DNA of 64,000 bases. Origin: Reclinomonas americana ATCC 50394. Taxonomy: Eukaryota. The position numbers were made by a program, and so were the translations under genes. The DNA lies in assembly GCA_048213135.1 (NCBI GenBank), contig PS015202.1, positions 87,795-151,794 of the forward strand. The letters are read 5' to 3'. The notes beneath the pieces are model-generated. The model was given only the letters and a program-made list of their open reading frames with translations. It did not search any database and was not told the DNA's origin. Below are positions 1 through 11,382 of the stretch, piece by piece (within the stretch, counting starts at the first letter, position 1; each line of letters opens with the position of its first letter).

Positions 1-78
1 GGAGGAAGGAGAGGAGAGAACGAAAAATACTGTTGTGAATATTCAGATCATTGATTGCTTGTATTCATTCATCGTTTC

Positions 79-1095
79 ATGCGCGCTGTTGTTGCTGCTG
101 TGAGTGCTCTCGCTCTTTTACTCTCTGTGCTCATGGCGTCGGCTGCACTGAAGTCGGAGATTGATCCGTCGCAAATCAAGATTGTGTTGCGTGGAGTCCG
201 GAGGTCACTCTCTCTCTTCTGTGCGCTCATTGTTATTATTGTCACACAGTGGATGTTACGCGGAGAAGAGAGCGTGTGTGTGAGTGTGTCGAGAGTGCTC
301 ACATTGATCATGCAGATCATCATCACATCTACTATCTTCCGCTCAATGATGGTCCGTTCTCTCCTGCTCTCTCTTTTGTCGCTCTCACTCTGTCAATGAC
401 CTTGCTTGTGAAAAACAGCCTCTCGTGCGACGGCTTATGCCTTGCGTGAGAAGGCCATTGCGCTGTTCCCGTATGCGCACTGGGATGAGGTTTCTGCAGT
501 CGTGTTGTTGACTGAGTGGCAGGGGGTCAGTGACTGACTGACTGTGTGTTCGCGCAGTCACCCTTCCATGATGGACCTGTCGGACCGCACACACTGCCCA
601 TGGTACACCGTCCCCACTCGCACTGTCTCTCCTGTGTGCCTTCTGCTTGCTCACCACTGCTTCTCCACACACACAGTTCAACATTGACATTCGGTGACAA
701 CTTGTCTTTTATTCCTTCCTTCCTTCTGCTCCGATCTCTCATCGACGATGCGCTGTGTTTCGTGTGCAGCGACGATGTTCCGCGCGATGTGTGGCAGATT
801 GTGTACGACTGGTGTGCGCTGAACCGCGGCGACTTCTCCGTGCTCATTCACCCGCTGACGGACCCGTTCAACCACACGATTGAGATCCTGCAGGTTTTGT
901 TGTGCTTTCCTCTCCCCTCTGTTGCCCGCACACTGGCCTGTCTCATCTCAATCCCTGTTGTTGTCGATTGCAGCACACGCAGTGGGTGCGTCCTGCCTGC
1001 ACAGCTCGTACTGCTCTTTCTCCTCCTTCTCACTTGTTTGTGCACAGGCGTCGTGGATGGGCGACAAGGTGCCGCTGGACATTGCCAATCTGTGA
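79..1095 (+). CDS. DOPA 4,5-dioxygenase family protein with N-terminal signal peptide (about 9 exons)
   Basis: The spliced translation reads MRAVVAAVSALALLLSVLMASAA...IVGYHHHIYYLP...GPVGPHTLPMFNIDI...WCALNRGDFSVLIHPLT...HTQWASWMGDKVPLDIANL*. It carries the YHxHIY, GPVGPH, SVLIHP and W-x-G-x-x-x-P-L motifs typical of the family. All introns are GT-AG. Confidence 0.8.
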
Positions 1096-1233
1096 AGCGC
1101 GTCAACGATTACACGGCATTCGTTCATTCTTAACGCACAGTCACGGCGCCGGCTGGGTTCCCGTTTTCAACAAAACACAAACATTAAATTACACATGTCC
1201 ACCACTCTCAGCGCAGAGAGCGGGGGGTTTTTT

Positions 1234-4200
1234 CTAAGCGCGTGCCACCTCCAGTGCCTGCAACAGTTTCTCCACCAGGGTTCGCTTGTCCGAGTAACCG
1301 GGAATGGTGAGCAGGCGGAAGGCAGGCATGGCTGTGGGCAGCCGGTCACAGCCATTGTCGGTAAACACCACCTTCATGTGCCTGGACAACGAGGGGAGAG
1401 AGAGGGAGAGGTGAGCACGGCGACGCCGCTAAAACCAGCAAGCGCCATCACACCAGCCACACTAACCGCTCCATGTAACCCCACGGCTCCGGCAACCTCG
1501 GCATACCCGACACGAAACGCAAAAGCAGACTCAGAATCGTCGAGTCGCACTCGAACAGGAACTGCATCGTGCGTGAGTCACAGCAATTCTCCATGACGAA
1601 CACACACACACGCACGCACTCACCTCGTCAAACCACGACATGATCTCTGGGTGCGGATTACCCAGCGGCACCTTGCGCATGTTGTCCAGCAGCGCCGCCG
1701 CATGCACGTGTCGCGAGCCCTCCAGTGCCACTGCAATGTCGCATCCCTGCAAGGACGACAGGGCGCGATCGACCGGCGCAATGCAGCCGAGTGCCTCGCG
1801 CAGCTTCTCGTAGGCACGCCAGCGACTCGTGCCACCCACCAAATACTCGTAAATCATGACAATGACTGCGAGCTCGGCACCGACGCCTGTGGTTACATAA
1901 AAAAGTGAGCGGGTGAGAAGGTGTGACAGGCTGCAACGCCAACGCAACGAGTAGTCATGTCAAATCTCTCGCCGCACACCACAGGCGACGGTGGCAGGAA
2001 CTCCTCCGGGTGCTCGTGGCGCAGGCCCCATCGCAGGTTGCGGGCCATGGACGGATCTGTCGGATGCAGTTGCATTGTGAGCAGGAGGGGAAGCGTGGAA
2101 GGGGAGGTGCGGACCACAACCCACCAAACGAGTCGAGGTCGCGCAGCCACATGGCCAGCTGCTGCTCGCGCCACGACGCTGGCTTGGCCTGCAATGGCGA
2201 CGAGGGAGGATGAGCATGGAACTGCAACACGTGCGAGCACAACTACTCACAATCAAATCGGCAACCGAGGTCAAATCATCGTTGCCGAGCCGCTGGCGTC
2301 TGCCATACACGGCCTCGTAGACCACCGGATGCAGCGACACCGAGGCCGAGCCAAAGTGCAGCACCGAGTAGATGATCATGTGGCCGATGCCTGCAAACAC
2401 ACACACGCACCCACCTCAGTCAGTGATCTTGGAAGAGAGCGAAAACAATGAATGCGCGCTCACTCACCCTTCCACACTCGCACAAACTCGCGGTCGCCGA
2501 GATTCGTGTCCGCCTGCCGCGCAATTACACACAACGAGCCGTCTTCGACGTCGCTGTAGACCACCAATTTGCTCTCGCGCAGCTGATCAAAGAACGCCGT
2601 GACCAGATTGACGGGCTTGGCAAACGTCTCGCCAGTAAAGTCCACCCGCCAGTCCTTCAACAGATCCTCGGGCTTCAAGTCGGCCGCCTGCTCCGCCATG
2701 TCGAAGAGAAGAGAGCGGCGCGACACGGTTACCAAGTGCAATTCCTGTGCGCCGGAAACACAGAGATATGAGCACGCAGTCGCAGACGCCACGAAAAATG
2801 TGGGGCAGACGGACCTTGGAGGCCATGGCTCTCGAGGATTCGGAGAGAACGCGACGCAGCTCGGCCAGACGCGATGCCGCCGTCATCAGCGACGGGTGCC
2901 GCCGATTGAGGTGCGGCGAGAAGTCAAACACAGGGTGCTTCAGTGCCTCGTGCACCGTCAGGCGCTCCACCGGATCCTGCACGCAAGCGTTATGGACACA
3001 GCCGGCGAACTGTAAAAGGAACAAGGATCAGTACGCAACAGCCCACAGCAAGTGCTGAATGAGGTGAGTCAGGTGGCGATTCTCCAGCTGCGGCAGCAGC
3101 GGTTTGCCATTGTGGTCGTGGTCGTACTTGGTCGGATCGAAAGAGCTGCCGTAGAACGCCTGACCCAGGCACACGCCAATGGCGTACATGTCGGCGGACT
3201 GCGACCGCGTGGTGAGACAACAGCTGCTCGTTCACATTAAAAATGATGACACACACACCGGTGCACATGCGTAGCCGGCTCGCACTTCGGGACTGCAGTA
3301 TCGTGGCATGGCGACGTAGGTGCGCAGCTTGTCGTTGCCCGACGAGTCCAGTGCCTCGAGCGCCGACTCCAGATTACATATTACAGGTCGCTCCTGTGTG
3401 TCATATAGCCATGCACGAATCAGCAATCGCGCACCGACACCTCACTCAACAAAATAAGCGACGCAACATAGGTGTCGAACACAATGCTGGTGAGCTTGAT
3501 GGCACGATGCACAATGTCGAGATTGTGCAGCGACGACAGCGCCGACAAAATGTCCCAGAAAGCTGCCACAATGACGGAAGCAGGTCAGCGCGTGCGTGCG
3601 TCAGTGAGCGATATCAACGACGCACCTCGCAGCGCCTGCTGCTGGCCCTTTGGATTGCGCAGGTCGAGCTTCAGCAGGTAGTCCTCCATGGTGCCATTCG
3701 GGTACCATGGCTGCTGCAAGAAGAGCGCCGGTCCGTCCATGAAATAGCCACGCACGGCGGCCAAACCGCGGTGACGAGCACGGTGCAGCATGGCCAGTTC
3801 TGCGAGTTGAAGCCACATCAGCACCAATCTCTGTCGAGTATCATGAATCCGTGGATGCAAACAAACCCGAGTCCAGCTTCTTCTTGCGCGTCGCCGGATA
3901 GGCCTTCAGGCAAAAGTCTTCGTCGCCAAACGTCACGTGGAAGACGGTGCCGGCGGAAATCACCTCGACCAACTTGTAGTCGGCGAATCGGCGATCCAGC
4001 TCGAGTGCACCCGGTTGCGGTTGCACAGTCATCCCGCTGCCTACAGCAGGTGATGCGAGTGGGGTGGGCGGCATCAGATCGGTTCCCACATCGCTACGCA
4101 TGCGGTGGCGCAATGCCGTGTTGCGGTACACGGTGCGGATGACGAAATCGTCGTCGGAGAAGAGGTCGCCGAGTTGCATCATGTTGATGTACACGCACTT

Positions 4201-7114
4201 GTCGCAGAACAATTCGAGAGCGCCGAGTTTGGCGGCCTCCACCGCCCGCTGAAACGCATCAGGAGACAGTTAGCTGATGCTACTATGCTTGTGTGTGTAC
4301 GAGATGCACACACACCATGAGCGAGCCGTGACGCTTGCCGCGCACAACATTCAACAAGTCCATGGTGTCCGCAAGCTGGCGGTTGAGCTCCGCTTCCCGG
4401 ACACTAATGTCGGGTGACCTGTTTGATCGGGGCGGGGGCGAGGAGTAAGGAATAACACGACAGGCACTGGGGCGCATCACGTGAACAAGCTGACCTCCAG
4501 TGTCGTCGGTCAAACTCCAGCTTGCGCTTCTGGCCCTCAATCGCAATGATGCGATCCTCCAGATACGGTTCCTGCTCGTCGAGGTTGCTCATGGCCAGAC
4601 GCACGGCACGCAGTGTGTCCACCGTGTGCGTCACGCTGTTCATCACCTCTGTGTGTGCGACGACGCAAACAGTGAGCACGAGTGCTGTGCTTGAAAACAG
4701 CGACAGCCGCACCTTTGCGAATGAGCTTGATCTGCTGATGCATGTAGGTGACCATGGTGAGGGGCTCGGTGGAGCTGGCGCGATTGCGCGTCAGCTGCGT
4801 CAGTGCCTGCCACGTGAGCATGCACAGCTCGCCACCAATCACTCGCTCCTCATCCTCGCGCACAGTAACCTCCTTTAGAGCGGAGGCGCCGAGGTCGCGC
4901 AGCCGCGCAAATGTCAGGTCGTGCAAACCGCTGACACACTCGGGTGGATTCGGGTTGGGTGCCAGGCGATCTTCAATGGCACCACGCGCCTCGAGGACAT
5001 CGGCCCACGGGACGAGGCGCTCCTCGATAATCTGCATCAGCTTGGTCGAGTCTGCCAGCAGCACATCGGCCGCATCGCCAATCTTGCGGAACAAGTGATC
5101 GCGCTCGTGTTTCGCTGTCACCAACACCAATCGTCAGTTCGTGGCGCAATTCCCCCTGCCCTTCCTCCCTCCCTCCTCCACAACCCCAACTCACCCTTGG
5201 CATCCAACAAGCCGGCTCGGATAAACTCTTGTGTCAGCAATTCGCGATGTCGTCGCAATTCGGTAGTCATGTCCTCAAATCGCGCCTTGAACAGCGAGTA
5301 CAGGAGCCGGTTCTCCTCGTCAACTAATCGCGACAGAGTAATGAGAAGATAGTGAGAGAGAGAGAGAGCGTGAGGGTGGGTACTGTGACGCACAGGAAAT
5401 GTTGCGTGTGGTGACCGTCAGTCGCACATATTCGACCAGCCACTCCAGCACCGGCATGATGAGATTGTCGAGGTTCCACTGGTCGTCGGTCGGGAGTGCC
5501 TCACCGGGCGTCGGCAGCACATCTGCACAGCAGGAGGGGCGGTGAGGAGGAAACGATGAGTAGAGTCGAAGGAGGGGGGAACAGACCTTGCATGGTCATG
5601 GACTGCAGGCGCTCGAGTTCACCATCCGCCGGCAGCGCGGGCGGCGGCACCGGAGTCATGAGGGTGTCGGTCTTTGGCGTCTCGCGAATGGCGGTCGCAC
5701 TCTTTCCACCTGCAGCGGCAGCAGCAGCAGCGTACACACAATACAGAGTCAAGGGGAACAGGAACTCGCAACATGGGGGGAAAAATCAATCAACGCGGCG
5801 AAACACAAGGATATCAGTCGGCTGTCGACTCGTGCGTACAGCGTGGTGTTCGACTGCAAGCCGAGCTCCGTGTGCACGTCGACGTTGCGGGCGATCACAT
5901 CGGAGCCGTCTCGTGAGAGCGTCAGCACAATGTCTTCGGTGGCGACGCCGCTCATCTCCAATCCGACCCGGTAGTACAGCGTGTTGCTGTCGTTGGTGTG
6001 GAAGGTGACGACCTTGCACGAGCCGGCCGGCAGCGTGCCATCGTCAATCTCCACTCGCACACGAAACATGCTAGCACGCACGAAAAGAAATGTCAGCGCA
6101 GGAGCGTGCGGGTGTGTGCGTGGCGTACTGCGCGCAACTTCATGCCAGGCGCGGGAGACGGCGCCGGCGTGGCCAGTGGCGATCCGAGCGACGACCACGA
6201 GATGCGCGACGGCGAGCGCGAGTGCGTCGACGACGTAGGCGACTCGGCGTACGTCGACACGCTCGTGTTGGAGTCGCGGACACTCGGCCGACGACGGCGC
6301 GGTGGAGCTGGGAGATAGAAAACACATGAGGCATGACAAGCACGAGTGAGAGACCGTGTGTGTGTGTGTGGCGACGCAACGAGTGCGCATGTTGGCCGCA
6401 TCGCCGCCAGCCGCCGGGTCGATGATTTGCACCGACGGCGAGTGCGACGACACTGGTGGCGGCGGAGGCGGCGTCCGCTGCTGCTGCTGTGCGGCCGCTG
6501 CTTCCTCCGCCAGCTGCGCCACCATTCTCGGCGGCGGTGCCACTCTCGGTGGCGACGCCGACGAAGCCGCCGCTGCCGCTGCTGCCGCCGCACGTGGCCC
6601 ATTGTGGCCACTCATCTGGATCGCGCTATCACTCTGATGGTGCGGCAGGCCAAGAATCGGCCACAGATCCGGGTGCGACAGGCGCCGTGGCATGATCGGC
6701 TCCTCGTCCTCACGAACCGGCGCAGGCGGCGCAGGCGGCAGCTCCGACCGCCGCTGCGAGTTGCGCCGCTGCCTCTGTGCAAGTTGAAGGAGAAATTGAG
6801 ATGCGTCAATGCACACACGCACACACACACACACAATGCGAAATGTCAACCGTGTGTGTGTGTGATTACGCAACAGCACGGATCTGCGCCCACGGTGTTG
6901 CACTGGAGGGTTCATGCGACAGCTCAAAGAGGCCATCGACCGGCACACTGTCAATGGAAGTGGGTTTTGTGTGACGCGGCGGGAGTTTTGGAGGCGGAGG
7001 CGTCTTGCCCACAGCCGCCACTGCTGCGCCACTGCCCAGCGCAGCCACAGCCGCCGCTGTCAGCGTCGAGGGAGGCGCACTGTGGCGGTGATGGTGCGGA
7101 GCCGCCGACGCCAT
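1234..7114 (-). CDS. Multi-exon protein: low-complexity N-terminus, Ubl-like domain, coiled coil, pseudokinase and degenerate HECT domain
   Basis: Kinase motifs: FCLK, LAELAML, PWYPNGTMEDYL, IVHRAIKLTSIVF, VICNLESA, YCSPEV, SADMYAIGV, DPVERLTVHEALKHPVF. HECT motifs: VSRRSLL, DLLKDWRVDFTGE, LRDLDSFDPSMARNLRW, LLRFVSGMPRLP, RLPTAMPAFRLLTIPGYSDKRTLVEKLLQAL. ATG at 7114, TAG at 1234-1236. Joins in the 4000-6400 region were not all resolved. Confidence 0.75.
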
Positions 7115-8350
7115 TGCTTCTCACGCTCTCTCTTCGTCGCAGTGTGTGTGTGGTTTGGCGATGATTGCGTGTGATGAAGGTGAAATTTGCACTTTTTTCC
7201 GCTTTCCGACTCTCTTGCGCGGTGCGTTTACACAACAAGGCGCGTCGTGTTGTGTAAATCGTCATCAAAGTGATAAACCCTTCGTGTGCCGCGGTGGGCG
7301 CCTGATAAAGCAAATTTGCTTCTGCTTTTTGCGTATCGTTCGCTGGCATTTGGAGACATTACAAAGGTGCGGGGGAATTCACTTAGCCACTGTGAGGCTT
7401 ACAAGAGAGAGGGGGGGGGATGATTTGCGTCGAGAGAGAGGGGGGAACNNNNNNNNNNNNNNNNNNNNNNNNNNNNNNNNNNNNNNNNNNNNNNNNNNNN
7501 NNNNNNNNNNNNNNNNNNNNNNNNNNNNNNNNNNNNNNNNNNNNNNNNNNNNNNNNNNNNNNNNNNNNNNNNNNNNNNNNNNNNNNNNNNNNNNNNNNNN
7601 NNNNNNNNNNNNNNNNNNNNNNNNNNNNNNNNNNNNNNNNNNNNNNNNNNNNNNNNNNNNNNNNNNNNNNNNNNNNNNNNNNNNNNNNNNNNNNNNNNNN
7701 NNNNNNNNNNNNNNNNNNNNNNNNNNNNNNNNNNNNNNNNNNNNNNNNNNNNNNNNNNNNNNNNNNNNNNNNNNNNNNNNNNNNNNNNNNNNNNNNNNNN
7801 NNNNNNNNNNNNNNNNNNNNNNNNNNNNNNNNNNNNNNNNNNNNNNNNNNNNNNNNNNNNNNNNNNNNNNNNNNNNNNNNNNNNNNNNNNNNNNNNNNNN
7901 NNNNNNNNNNNNNNNNNNNNNNNNNNNNNNNNNNNNNNNNNNNNNNNNNNNNNNNNNNNNNNNNNNNNNNNNNNNNNNNNNNNNNNNNNNNNNNNNNNNN
8001 NNNNNNNNNNNNNNNNNNNNNNNNNNNNNNNNNNNNNNNNNNNNNNNNNNNNNNNNNNNNNNNNNNNNNNNNNNNNNNNNNNNNNNNNNNNNNNNNNNNN
8101 NNNNNNNNNNNNNNNNNNNNNNNNNNNNNNNNNNNNNNNNNNNNNNNNNNNNNNNNNNNNNNNNNNNNNNNNNNNNNNNNNNNNNNNNNNNNNNNNNNNN
8201 NNNNNNNNNNNNNNNNNNNNNNNNNNNNNNNNNNNNNNNNNNNNNNNNNNNNNNNNNNNNNNNNNNNNNNNNNNNNNNNNNNNNNNNNNNNNNNNNNNNN
8301 NNNNNNNNNNNNNNNNNNNNNNNNNNNNNNNNNNNNNNNNNNNNNNNNNN

Positions 8351-9258
8351 TTTGGCCTTGACCACAAAGGGCGCCGAGTGAATGACCAGCATGCGGTGCG
8401 CGGGATCCGCCGCATCGGCCACCGTCAGTTCCAGACGGAAGCGCGAGCCCTTGTGTCGCGACGACTGCGTGCGCAGCGTCAGCGCGCTCTCGCCCTCGTA
8501 CACCGACTCGCCACTGCATCGGCTCAGCGCAAACGACACGTCGCCCTGCAGCGGCGGTGGCTCGCACACCACATCAGCGCCCGTCTCCGTAATCAACGAC
8601 ACATGCACCACCGCCGAGTGTCCACCAGGCAGCAAACTGTTCAGCCCATCCACGCGCAACAGCAGGTGCGACGAGTATGGCGCCGAGTACTGCACATCGG
8701 CACTGCAAACAACGTCCGTCCATGAGCGTCCACAATGCTATTAATGCACACGCCAGACAACAACAACAGAAAAACGCAACAGATCAGTGGAGAACTCGGT
8801 GCGCTGCTGGCGAGCCGACTTGAAGAGCACCTGGAACGGCACCGTGTAGCCTGCACGCACAAAGGAGCGTGTGAGCAACACAGTCTATTTCAGGTCGAAC
8901 ATTGTCGCGCGTCAAAGCAAAACTCACCGCCCACAAGCGTCCAGCTGCCCACCTCTCGCGCAGCGGCTGGTGGCGCTGGTGGCGGTGGTGGTGGTAGTGG
9001 TGGCGCACACCACACAGCAGTCGACGAGGACAAGGCGGCAGGCGGCAAACACGTGGTGGGCGGTTGCGAAGGCATAGGCGGTGGTGGTGGCATCGACATT
9101 GGTAGCGCCACTAGCGGAGGCGACGCGCTTGTGAAGCCATCATCATCGTCACCAAAGCCGCCGCCAAAGCCAAAGTCGTCGTGTGGTGGTGGCGGTTGGT
9201 GATGGTGATGGTGCATGTTGGCCCACCAGCCGCCGCTGTCCAGGTCGTCGCTGTTCAT
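8351..9258 (-). CDS. Partial gene (3' end in gap): His/Pro-rich N-terminus plus possible CudA-like Ig-fold DNA-binding domain
   Basis: MNSDDLDSGGWWANMHHHHHQPPPP... is followed by the exon ...LTLRTQSSRHKGSRFRLELTV...IHSAPFVVKAK, which resembles the S-x-x-H...F-x-L...S-x-P-F-x-V-x-x-K pattern of CudA-type transcription factors. The family assignment is by eye only. Confidence 0.45.
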
Positions 9259-9450
9259 CACCGAGGTGCCGCGAGAGGTTGTGTATGTGTGTGTGTATAA
9301 GTAGTGGGGTATGAATGGGTATGTGTTCGAGTGTGGCCCGAGCTCTCCGAATGCCGAAGGAAAAATACCTGTCCACTCGTCGGTGTGGATGGTGGATTCA
9401 CCGTATATACTTCACGTTGTGGCCGTGAGGTGTGCACGTGGTGGTTGTGG

Positions 9451-9473
9451 GAGAGGAGAGAGAGTGAGAGAGA

Positions 9474-9511
<38 letters not shown>

Positions 9512-9539
9512 AAGAGAGAGGAGAGAGTGAGAGAGAGAG

Positions 9540-9587
<48 letters not shown>
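9451..9587. repeat. (GA)n/(GT)n microsatellite in a divergent intergenic region
   Basis: Read directly from the sequence. Confidence 0.95.
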
Positions 9588-9590
<3 letters not shown>

Positions 9591-9745
9591 GTTCGAGTCC
9601 TCACAAGCAAGTCAAGCGCGGCGGCAGCATGTTGGAGGCGTCTGTCAGTGGTGGTCGGGATTGCGATGCAGCGAGTGCAGGAAACGCATCGACAGGGCGC
9701 CACCCGCACCGTAACCCTGCATTCCGAACAAATCAGCTCGACATC

Positions 9746-10962
9746 ATGCGCGCGCGTGTTTCGCTCCTCCCCCTCTCCCTCTCCCTCCTCCTCCTGCTGC
9801 TTGTCGCCGCCGCCGCTGCTGCCGCACCACGCCCGTACCGCGGCACCCTGTTTGCCGCCTCGTGGAACGTGTACGACAAGCCGCACTTTGACAACCGAGT
9901 GGGTTCGCTCGACGTGCATTCCTCCGGCAACTTTACGCAGCCGTGGCTGACGGCGTTCCCGGCGGCGAGTGATGCCACCACGGCCACGGCCATGAGTGCG
10001 CACTCGCTGCTGCTGTACGCGGAGCCGACCAGTGCGCGTGAGAGCGCCATGTACGTGTTGAATGTGACGCAGTCGCAGCAGGAGTTGCGCGTGGTGCACC
10101 GCGTGACGCCGGCCAAGAAGCTCGACGATGTGCGCTGCGCGCAGAGTGTGAGCGAGGAGCTGTCGGCGCAAGAGTGCTACGGCTTGTTCCAGGGACCGGT
10201 GGGCACCAGCGACCAGAATGCACTCATGCGCCTGGATGTGCGCACCGGCGCCGTCAGCACTGTGATGTCGCTGGCGGACTGGGATGGGTGGGAGATGGAT
10301 GCCTCTGCGTTTGACACGCAGCGCCGCCTCTTCCATGTGGTGCTGTCGAGGAGCATTCGCGAGGTGAGATCGAGACACCGACCCCCACTGCTGCATTTCT
10401 TCTCTCCTCATTGTTCCTCCTGCGCGTGCGCGTGTGCGTGCAGGGTGCTGCGGCCGATCGCGACGGCGCAGACTTCCCGCCGCAGTATACTCTGGAGCTG
10501 GTGACGATTGACGTGGTGGCGGGCAAGGTTCTCGCCGAGGTGGGCGTGGCGCGCCAGTTCGCCGGCCCCATGTGCGTGGATGAGCGCCTCGGCTTGATCA
10601 CACTCGGCAGCGAGCAGGGCCTGACGCTGGCGTTGGTCGACTGGCACACAGTTGCGTGCAGCATGCTACGCGCTCGTGCTCCTGGTGAAACTCAAACTGA
10701 ACACAAACTCTGCGATGTGGTGGTAATACAGGGCGCGGAGACCTCGCTGTACCCCGACAAGATCGGCTACCCGTCGCCGTACGGTGCGGCCTGCGAGAGC
10801 GGCTTCCTGGCAGCGTCGTACATTGACGCCGTGCACCACACGAACAAGCTTGTGGTGTTCGACTTGTCGACCGCCTCCGCCACATCGCCCGCCACCATCA
10901 CCTCCATCGTCGACAGCGCCATCGATACGCATGCCTACGCGTTGACCAAGGATCCGCAGTGA
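9746..10962 (+). CDS. Secreted protein of unknown function, possibly beta-propeller-like (3 exons)
   Basis: Signal peptide MRARVSLLPLSLSLLLLLLVAAAAAAA. Repeated 'LMRLDVRTGAV / LVTIDVVAGKV / LALVDWHTGAE / LVVFDLST' strands. Introns start at ~10364 (G|GTGAG) and 10651 (A|GTTGCG). Confidence 0.65.
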
Positions 10963-11382
10963 GCATGCGTGAAGGAGAGATAGAGAACAAGGAAGCACGA
11001 TGGTGTGACAACTTCCCGCTGCGACTAATAAAGAGTGGACTGCATGCCGATAGAGGACTCGCCAACCAGCAGCACTGGCATCTGCCTGCATCCGCACTCT
11101 GGCCGCCACTACGCCGCGTCGGAAGGGCGATCACCGGCAGACTTGTCCCGTCAGGCGCTAATTCCGGCTCCGTCCCCTCTATCACTCAACAACTGACACG
11201 CACATGTCGTCGCGGCATGCATACTCACGAGCAGAGCTTCTTGCTCTGCGCAATGCAGTGAGCGATCCTCCACCAAGACCCGACGGTCTTCCTTTTCATT
11301 TGTGGAAACATGCACCGTTGCGCCCTTGTCTCTCTGCGAATAATGTGTGTGCGCCAAGGTCTCTGATCGTGCCTCTGTGAAG

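Noticed and set aside
1234-7114. Pseudogene call for the kinase-HECT locus
   Set aside because: I found no frameshift or premature stop in the kinase and HECT exons, the splice sites are intact, and substitutions are concentrated at catalytic positions.
7146-8695. Long ORFs crossing N-runs (also at 20.0-21.6, 27.3-28.8 and 29.0-30.8 kb)
   Set aside because: Artefacts of translating assembly gaps as X.
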